DNA of 32,000 bases from Candidatus Brocadia sp. (GTDB taxonomy: Bacteria; Planctomycetota; Brocadiia; Brocadiales; Brocadiaceae), in contig CP091279.1 of NCBI GenBank assembly GCA_021650915.1, forward strand, positions 810,001 to 842,000, given 5' to 3'. This document shows positions 10,024 through 16,378 of the stretch, piece by piece; the stretch's first letter is position 1; each line of letters begins with the position of its first letter. Under the pieces are notes generated by a model. The model saw only the letters and a program-made list of their open reading frames with translations. It ran no database searches and had not been told where the DNA came from. The translations under genes were made by a program, and so were the position numbers.

Positions 10024-10401
10024 TTATTTTTTTATAACAAAAAATGTCAGCGCCATTACCTGAAAAACTAATGCAAGTAATAGATATGCATGGACATCGC
10101 CATTACGATGTAGGTAAGCAAAAACAAGTGAACCAAAAACAAAACATTGAATAACAGCGGCCAGAATATTTAACCATGATGCGGGGGCATATACTAACGT
10201 CCGGCTTATGTTTTTTACCTCGTTTAACAAAGATTCCAGGATAAAGTCTTTCTCCTCGTATCCCTTTTCTTTCCGTATTTTCGTAACGAAACATTCCTTG
10301 CAAAACAAACTGCCATCTTCCTGATATATTGCGCGTCTAGAATCTACATCATTCTTTGACAAGCTTCTCTTACAACTGGCACAGAGTTTAATTTCCAACA
10401 T
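10024..10401 (-). CDS. Hypothetical Zn-ribbon membrane protein
   Basis: 125 aa. The N-terminal CASC...CKEC pair (CxxC-N25-CxxC) is followed by two hydrophobic helices. I recognise no family. Confidence 0.55.
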   Translation of the reverse strand: MLEIKLCASCKRSLSKNDVDSRRAIYQEDGSLFCKECFVTKIRKEKGYEEKDFILESLLNEVKNISRTLVYAPASWLNILAAVIQCFVFGSLVFAYLHRNGDVHAYLLLALVFQVMALTFFVIKK

Positions 10402-10525
10402 GATTATCTTTCAATTACTCTATCAAATTACTGTATAGTATTACCGTATAAAATCTTTCATTTTTTGCAAGTTTTTTACAACCCTATTTACCCTTTATCA
10501 GAGGTGCAGTTGTTTACAAGAGAAG

Positions 10526-10614
10526 GATTGCTTCGCTTCGCTTGCAATGACAACGTACCGTATATCATCAAAGATATAGCCAGTGTTATTGCGAGGGTCT
10601 TATCCAAAGCAATC
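10526..10614. repeat. REP-like nested palindromic element, copy 1
   Basis: The arm gattgcttcgcttcgcttgcaatgac (10526..10551) faces the inverted arm gttattgcgagggtcttatccaaagcaatc (10585..10614). The terminal boxes GATTGCTT / GCAATGAC and their complements match the copy at 13394..13484. Confidence 0.6.
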
Positions 10615-10728
10615 TCTCGCTTTCACAACAGGGAATTGGTTGCGGCTGTGTCGAGTCATGGATATTTCATAAGGACATTTTCGCATAAAGATGTTATAAA
10701 ATAATATTCTCGGATGCCACATCTCCCG

Positions 10729-12090
10729 CTATTTCAGGCCATATCGATCCAATTTCCTATAAAGGGTGCGTTCTCCGATACCAAGCATCTTTGCTGCCTC
10801 TTCTCTATTTCCGCCTACCGTGGTCAAGGTGGTTTTTATAAGCTCACGCTCAGCTTCCTCAACGGTCATTCCCGCCACCAGGCCCGGTGAATGCAATACT
10901 TCGTTACTGCGCTGAAATATATGATCCGGAATATCTTCAACGCCTAATGTTTCCTTGGTGCTCACGACAACCATACTTTCAATACAGTTTTTTAATTCCC
11001 GTATATTTCCCGGCCAGGGATATTTATATAAAATTTTTCTGGCGTCGGATGATATCTGAAAGACCGCTTTTGCATGCATTTGTGAGTACTCCCGAAGAAA
11101 TGCATCGATGAGCAAGACAGTATCCTCAAGTCTCTCTCGAAGTGGAGGCAATTTAAGTGAAACGACATTCAGCCTGAAGTACAAATCATTACGGAACTTT
11201 CCTTCCTTGATGAGTTTTTCCAGATCCTGGTTCGTCGCGGCGATCAAACGGACATCAACTTCAATGGTTTCATTGCTTCCAACCCGAGTAATTACGCCGT
11301 CCTCGATAACCCGTAATAGTTTAACCTGCGTGGAGAGTGGCATATCGCCAACTTCATCTAAGAACAATGTGCTGTGATGAGCACACTCGATTTTTCCTTT
11401 GCGCTGATAAAGAGCTCCCGTAAAGGCACCTTTTTCATGTCCAAAGAGTTCGCTCTCAAGAAGATTTTCCGGAATTGCAGCGGAATTGAGTATAACCATG
11501 GGCTTGTTTTTTCTTGGACTGTTATTATGAATAGTCTTCGCAATGAGCTCTTTTCCCGTTCCGCTTTCACCTGTGATCAATACCGTGGCTGTAGTGCCAG
11601 AAATTTGATTAACGATATTCAATATTTTTTGTATTTTCGGACTATTACCAATAATACCATTTAGCCCAAATTTCTCGTCAAGTTGCTTGTGAAGTTCTTT
11701 GTTGTTCCTCACCAGCATCTGCTTTTCCACGAGTTTTGCTATCTCAGCACGCAGGTGATTAATATTAATAGGTTTTAGGAGGTAGGTGGCTGCCCCTTTT
11801 TGCATAGCATCGACTGCTGTTTCTACCGTACCATAACCAGTAATCAGGACGACTTCTGCCTCAGGCAATCTTTCTTTTGTTGCTTTAAGAATTTGCAAAC
11901 CGTCAATATCATACATAATTAAATCTGTTATTACAATATCTACATTGCCCGCTTCTATATACTTTAATCCTTCTTTCCCACTGGTAGCAATAAGACACGT
12001 GTGTCCAATCCTCTGAAGCGCTTCCGCCGTCGCGGTTGCATGCTCCTTCTTATCGTCAACAACCAGAATAACAGTATCGTTTATTCCCAT
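10729..12090 (-). CDS. Sigma54-dependent response regulator (NtrC family)
   Basis: 453 aa. It has a receiver domain (DD...D...K pattern), an AAA+ sigma54-activator core (GESGTGKE, ESELFGHEKGAFTGA) and a C-terminal Fis-type HTH (AAKMLGIGERTLYRKL). Confidence 0.9.
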   Translation of the reverse strand: MGINDTVILVVDDKKEHATATAEALQRIGHTCLIATSGKEGLKYIEAGNVDIVITDLIMYDIDGLQILKATKERLPEAEVVLITGYGTVETAVDAMQKGAATYLLKPININHLRAEIAKLVEKQMLVRNNKELHKQLDEKFGLNGIIGNSPKIQKILNIVNQISGTTATVLITGESGTGKELIAKTIHNNSPRKNKPMVILNSAAIPENLLESELFGHEKGAFTGALYQRKGKIECAHHSTLFLDEVGDMPLSTQVKLLRVIEDGVITRVGSNETIEVDVRLIAATNQDLEKLIKEGKFRNDLYFRLNVVSLKLPPLRERLEDTVLLIDAFLREYSQMHAKAVFQISSDARKILYKYPWPGNIRELKNCIESMVVVSTKETLGVEDIPDHIFQRSNEVLHSPGLVAGMTVEEAERELIKTTLTTVGGNREEAAKMLGIGERTLYRKLDRYGLK

Positions 12091-12093
12091 AGT

Positions 12094-12897
12094 TTAATCA
12101 ATTCTTAAGTCTATCGGTAACTTTATTGAAAAGTTGCTTCCCTTGTTCTCTTCGCTTTGAACAGAAATTGTCCCTTTATGTTCTTCAATAATACGTTTCG
12201 CCGTAGGAAGCCCAAGACCTGTGCCGGTCTTTTTGGTAGAATAGTAGACTTGGAATATTTTATCCAGCATATCCTTCGGCATACCTGCGCCTGTATCGGT
12301 AATATCGATTTGTATGAATTTTTTATCGCCGGATGTACGGATCATAAGCTCTCCGCCATGTTCCATTGCCTGTTCTGCATTAATGATCACGTTTAAAATT
12401 GCTTGCTTAACGAGATTGACGTCTAATTGGCAGAAAGGGACATGGGTATCATAACTTTTTAATAACTGTATCTGTTTTTGTTTTATCTCCGGGGTAATAA
12501 AATCAACGACCTCATCAACAACGTCATTAATATTACAATTTTCTAATTCTAGTTTTTGTCCCTTTGCGTATCTGAGAAAATCGTTCAGGATATCTTCCAA
12601 CCGCTGAACCTCTTTTTGCAATGCATGTATTCGTGTGTATACCTTTTTGCTTTTTTCTCCATTCATACTTTGTACGTCTTCCATGAGGAGTTGCAGATTA
12701 ATACTGAGCGTGCTCAGCGGATTTTTTATTTCATGAGCAAGCCCGCCTGCCAGTGTGCCAACAAAAGCTAATCTCTCTGAATGCATTGCTCTTTTCTCAA
12801 ACTCTCTGGTTTTGCTGACAGCCCTTCGTATGGAAAAAACAACCAAGGGAATAAAAATTACACTTGCTATTGCTGCGCCGAGTAAATACTGAATCAC
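12094..12897 (-). CDS. Histidine kinase without a sensor domain (one TM + HisKA + HATPase_c)
   Basis: 267 aa. An N-terminal TM helix is followed within ~30 aa by the H-box LAHEIKNPL. N/G boxes (NAEQAM, DTGAGM, GTGLGL) are present. There is a 3-nt gap to the response-regulator gene. Confidence 0.85.
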   Translation of the reverse strand: MIQYLLGAAIASVIFIPLVVFSIRRAVSKTREFEKRAMHSERLAFVGTLAGGLAHEIKNPLSTLSINLQLLMEDVQSMNGEKSKKVYTRIHALQKEVQRLEDILNDFLRYAKGQKLELENCNINDVVDEVVDFITPEIKQKQIQLLKSYDTHVPFCQLDVNLVKQAILNVIINAEQAMEHGGELMIRTSGDKKFIQIDITDTGAGMPKDMLDKIFQVYYSTKKTGTGLGLPTAKRIIEEHKGTISVQSEENKGSNFSIKLPIDLRID

Positions 12898-12912
12898 CTT
12901 CTGTTACCAAGA

Positions 12913-12959
12913 CAAAAAAATAAGCCAGGAAGATGTTTTGACTCACTATCTCCCTGGCT
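12913..12959 (-). terminator. Rho-independent terminator of cspA
   Basis: On the minus strand, agccagggagat...atcttcctggct forms a 12-bp stem with 1 mismatch and a 13-nt loop (12923..12959), followed by TATTTTTTTG. It sits 24 nt after the cspA stop. Confidence 0.6.
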
Positions 12960-12982
12960 CAAAGATACGGTTTATATGTAAT

Positions 12983-13189
12983 TTAGGAATTCAGACGCAT
13001 TACTTTTTGGGCTTGTAAACCTTTCGCCCCTTCAACAATATCAAACTCTACCTTTTCCCCGTCTTCCAGCGTCTTAAATCCTTCACTTGCGATATTTGAA
13101 TAGTGAACGAAAACATCCCCCCCACCATCTTGTTCAATAAAACCAAAACCCTTTTTTGCATCAAACCATTTCACTTTGCCAATTGCCAT
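12983..13189 (-). CDS. cspA: Cold-shock protein, CspA family
   Basis: 68 aa with [28 protein letters not shown] (RNP1/RNP2 motifs). AGGAGAG lies 8 nt upstream of the ATG. Confidence 0.9.
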   Translation of the reverse strand: MAIGKVKWFDAKKGFGFIEQDGGGDVFVHYSNIASEGFKTLEDGEKVEFDIVEGAKGLQAQKVMRLNS

Positions 13190-13393
13190 TCTCTTGCTCT
13201 CCTATTGAATAAATACAACGTATACCAAAAAAACAACCTCTGCTTTAATTTTATCCTTTATGCCTTCTCTATCCTCCCCAAAAAAACCGAAAGATAAACG
13301 ATAAAAGTTAATAGTATTTTTCCATTCCGTCCTTATAGGTAAATATCATAGCGCGGCACAGCCGCAACCAAATTTCCTTTATGAAAGCGGGGA

Positions 13394-13484
13394 GATTGCT
13401 TCGGAAAAGGCCCCTCGCAATGACAGCGACCATGCACTTTGATGATACACTGCACGTTGTCATTGCGAGCGAAGTGAAGCAATC
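13394..13484. repeat. REP-like nested palindromic element, copy 2
   Basis: gattgcttcggaaaaggcccctcgcaatgac (13394..13424) faces gtcattgcgagcgaagtgaagcaatc (13459..13484). It generates the spurious ORFs 13308..13490 (-) and 13381..13614 (+). Confidence 0.6.
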
Positions 13485-13622
13485 TTTCACTCATAAAAAA
13501 CGGTACCTCCTGAAAGGGGTTTGTGAAAAAACTTACAGAAAAAAGAAGTTTTTATACAGTAATACTATAAAACTCTCTTTAACAACCAAAAAATCGACCG
13601 TGGCCGTCCTGTAAAATTTTCT

Positions 13623-15740
13623 TCATTTTACATCAGGAGGCTGAGGTAGTCCTTTTTCTTTCAGGGCTGCTTTTCTGCTTAACTTAACCCTCTTTTGGTC
13701 ATCTATTCCGATTACCTTTATCATAATTTCTTGCCCGACCTTTACCACATCTTCAACCTTGTCGACATAGCCGTCAGACAATTCAGAAATATGTACCAAC
13801 CCATCGTGGCCGGGAATAATTTCCACAAAAGCACCGTACTCTTTTAAAGACAGAACTTTTCCCGAATAGGTCTTGCCTATCTGGACTTCCTCTGTCATAC
13901 GTTCGATCCATATTTTAGCCTTTTGCGATGCATCAGCAAGTATAGATGATATAATAACGGTTCCATCATCCTGGATTTCAACCTTTGCACCAGTTTCTTC
14001 CTGTATTTTCTTGATATTTTTTCCTCCGGGCCCGATAATCATGCCGATTTTTTCAGGATTGATCTTAATATGCACTAATTTCGGCGCATAGACAGAAATT
14101 TCTTCTCGCGGTTTATCGATAACCTTTGCCAGCTCCTCAAGAATGTGAAGCCGCCCTTCTTTAGCCTGCGCAAGTGCATCTCGCATAATTTTTTCGGTAA
14201 TTCCTGATATCTTAATATCCATCTGCAACGCAGTGACACCCTGCGATGTCCCGGCAACTTTAAAATCCATATCACCAAGATGATCTTCCGTCCCTAAGAT
14301 ATCTGATAAGATACATACCTGCTCACCTTCTTTCACCAACCCCATTGCTATACCAGCCACTTGTGCGGTTATAGGAATACCGGCATCCATCATAGAAAGG
14401 GTTCCACCGCATACCGTAGCCATAGAGGAAGAACCGTTCGACTCGGTGATATCAGAAACAATCCTTATTGTGTAAGGAAATTTTGCGGATGGAGGAAGCA
14501 CCGCCTCCAACGCCCTTTCTGCTAAAGCGCCGTGACCAATTTCACGTCTCCCTGGTCCGCGCAACGGTTTTATCTCACCAACACAAAAAGGTGGAAAATT
14601 ATAATCAAGCATAAACTTTTTCGAATATTCTTCCTCAAGGGTGTCCACTCGTTGTTCATCCATTGTGGTGCCTAATGTTGTCACCACAATTGCTTGGGTT
14701 TCACCTCGTGTAAATAACGCAGAGCCATGAGTTCTTGGCAACATCCCGACTTCACAGGTAATAGGCCTGATATCCTTTAATCCCCTGCCATCCGGACGCT
14801 TCTTTGCCTGAACAATTTGGTCGCGCACCACAATTGTCTCAAGTCTTTCAAAGATTGTCTTGACAGCTTTCTTTGTGGGAGCGCCCTCTTTTTCGGTACA
14901 ATACTCCTGTATTATCTGATTCAGAATTTCGTGCAGTGCACGGCTTCGGGCATCTTTTCCCGGAGTCTGGTTTTTTTCCACAATCTCTGAGTAATATTTC
15001 CTCTTAATTTCATGCAGGAGATCCATATCGAGTTTTAACGGTGGAACAGGTTGCTTTTCTTTTCCACACTTGGTCAAAAGTTCCTTTTGAAGCTGAACGA
15101 TTTCTTTTATAAAGGTATGTCCGAACATAATCGCATCCAGCATCTGCTCTTCAGGAACCTCCTTGCCGGACGCTTCAACCATGGTAACTGCATCCTCTGT
15201 TCCTGAGACAACAAGATCAATAGCGCTTTCCGCAAGTTCAGTATGTGTGGGATTGATAACAAACTCGTTGTTGATCAGGCCAACCCTTACGGAACCGGTT
15301 GGTCCGCCGAAAGGAATGCATGATACGGTTAAAGCTGCAGACGCCCCGATCATGGCTAAAATATCAGGATCGTTTTCTTTGTCTGCCGAAAGAACCATGG
15401 ACATGATCTGAACTTCGCGAAGATATGTTTCCGGAAAGATGGGTCTTATGGGGCGATCTATTAACCGCATGGTTAATATCTCTTTTAAGGTTGGTCTACC
15501 TTCTCTTTTAAAAAAACCGCCAGGAAATTTCCCTGCGGCATATGTTTTTTCCCTATAGTCAACCGTGAGTGGGAAAAAATCCGCCTCTTCATTTTCTTCT
15601 GCTGATGATACTGCCGTAGCCAATACCATCGTATCTCCATATCTTACTATTGCCGCACCATCAGCTTGCTTTGCAATTTTACCTGTTTCTATAATGAGCA
15701 ACTCTTTGCCGATCAATCGTTCGACTCTGCAATACGCCAT
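13623..15740 (-). CDS. pnp: Polyribonucleotide nucleotidyltransferase (PNPase)
   Basis: 705 aa. Two RNase PH-like domains are followed by KH (IGPGGKNIKKIQEETGA) and S1 (GKVLSLKEYGAFVEI) domains, downstream of rpsO as in most bacteria. Confidence 0.95.
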   Translation of the reverse strand: MAYCRVERLIGKELLIIETGKIAKQADGAAIVRYGDTMVLATAVSSAEENEEADFFPLTVDYREKTYAAGKFPGGFFKREGRPTLKEILTMRLIDRPIRPIFPETYLREVQIMSMVLSADKENDPDILAMIGASAALTVSCIPFGGPTGSVRVGLINNEFVINPTHTELAESAIDLVVSGTEDAVTMVEASGKEVPEEQMLDAIMFGHTFIKEIVQLQKELLTKCGKEKQPVPPLKLDMDLLHEIKRKYYSEIVEKNQTPGKDARSRALHEILNQIIQEYCTEKEGAPTKKAVKTIFERLETIVVRDQIVQAKKRPDGRGLKDIRPITCEVGMLPRTHGSALFTRGETQAIVVTTLGTTMDEQRVDTLEEEYSKKFMLDYNFPPFCVGEIKPLRGPGRREIGHGALAERALEAVLPPSAKFPYTIRIVSDITESNGSSSMATVCGGTLSMMDAGIPITAQVAGIAMGLVKEGEQVCILSDILGTEDHLGDMDFKVAGTSQGVTALQMDIKISGITEKIMRDALAQAKEGRLHILEELAKVIDKPREEISVYAPKLVHIKINPEKIGMIIGPGGKNIKKIQEETGAKVEIQDDGTVIISSILADASQKAKIWIERMTEEVQIGKTYSGKVLSLKEYGAFVEIIPGHDGLVHISELSDGYVDKVEDVVKVGQEIMIKVIGIDDQKRVKLSRKAALKEKGLPQPPDVK

Positions 15741-15857
15741 TTAATTCCTCCTGCCTTTATTATTTATATCTTGTTTTTGACCAGCAAAAGATACGAATAA
15801 TTCAAATTTTTTGGACATTTTTGATAATTCTATAAAGGTCCTCCTGGAAATTTCGCT

Positions 15858-16124
15858 TTATTTTCTTATACCAAGTTTCGTAATGAGCTTTTTATACCTT
15901 TCTTTGTCTCTACTTGATAAATATTTCAATAGCGCTGCTCGTCGTCCAACCATAAGAAAAAGCCCTCTGCGCGAGGTGTGGTCTTTTTTGTGCCCTTTTA
16001 AATGGTCACTCAAATGATTTATGCGTTCAGTTAATAATGCCACCTGGACCTCAGGAGAACCGGTATCACTGTCATGAACCCTAAGATCGTTAATAATTCG
16101 TTGCTTTACTTCTTTATTCATCAT
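15858..16124 (-). CDS. rpsO: 30S ribosomal protein S15
   Basis: 88 aa with [36 protein letters not shown], the conserved S15 core. Confidence 0.95.
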   Translation of the reverse strand: MMNKEVKQRIINDLRVHDSDTGSPEVQVALLTERINHLSDHLKGHKKDHTSRRGLFLMVGRRAALLKYLSSRDKERYKKLITKLGIRK

Positions 16125-16197
16125 TACAAAAATCCCTTACGTAAAATCTCCAATAATAAATACTTATTCATGATTCATGATTAGATAAATTACCATA

Positions 16198-16221
16198 TGT
16201 CTATCACATTGTCTATCACAT
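16198..16221. repeat. Tandem 12-bp direct repeat in the rpsO leader
   Basis: tgtctatcacat occurs twice in tandem (16198..16209 and 16210..16221). A second tandem, ttcatga x2, lies at 16167..16180. Confidence 0.7.
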
Positions 16222-16239
16222 CATAAAACAAGTTGTAGT

Positions 16240-16269
16240 ACTATAGCAAAGCTTATCAATCATTTGCAA
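16240..16269 (-). promoter_or_regulatory. Possible rpsO promoter
   Basis: Minus strand reads TTGCAA (16269..16264), an 18-nt spacer, then TATAGT (16245..16240). This implies a leader of about 110 nt. Confidence 0.3.
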
Positions 16270-16378
16270 CAAAAAAATTCACCAAACCATCCTTATCTTC
16301 AATAAATAATGCACCCGTGAGTTACCAGATGCAGCCTGATTCAGGATGTTATAGTATGAAACAATTCCCATAATATCT

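Noticed and set aside
10402-10470. Sigma54 promoter (ggttgtaaaaaacttgca on the minus strand) upstream of the Zn-ribbon gene
   Set aside because: The GG to GC spacing is three nt too long relative to TGGCAC-N5-TTGC, and the flanking consensus bases are missing. No other GG-N10-GC candidate was seen in the intergenic regions I inspected.
10465-10704. 79-aa ORF (…GLLRFACNDNV…), and likewise ORFs 13308..13490 (-) and 13381..13614 (+)
   Set aside because: They are built almost entirely from the palindromic REP-like elements. The peptides (LRFACND, VIASEVKQS, SLAMT) are what those repeats encode in any frame. None has a ribosome-binding site.
16167-16221. CRISPR-like or minisatellite array
   Set aside because: There are only two units each of 7-bp and 12-bp repeats, directly abutting with no spacers. 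No cas genes are in the window.
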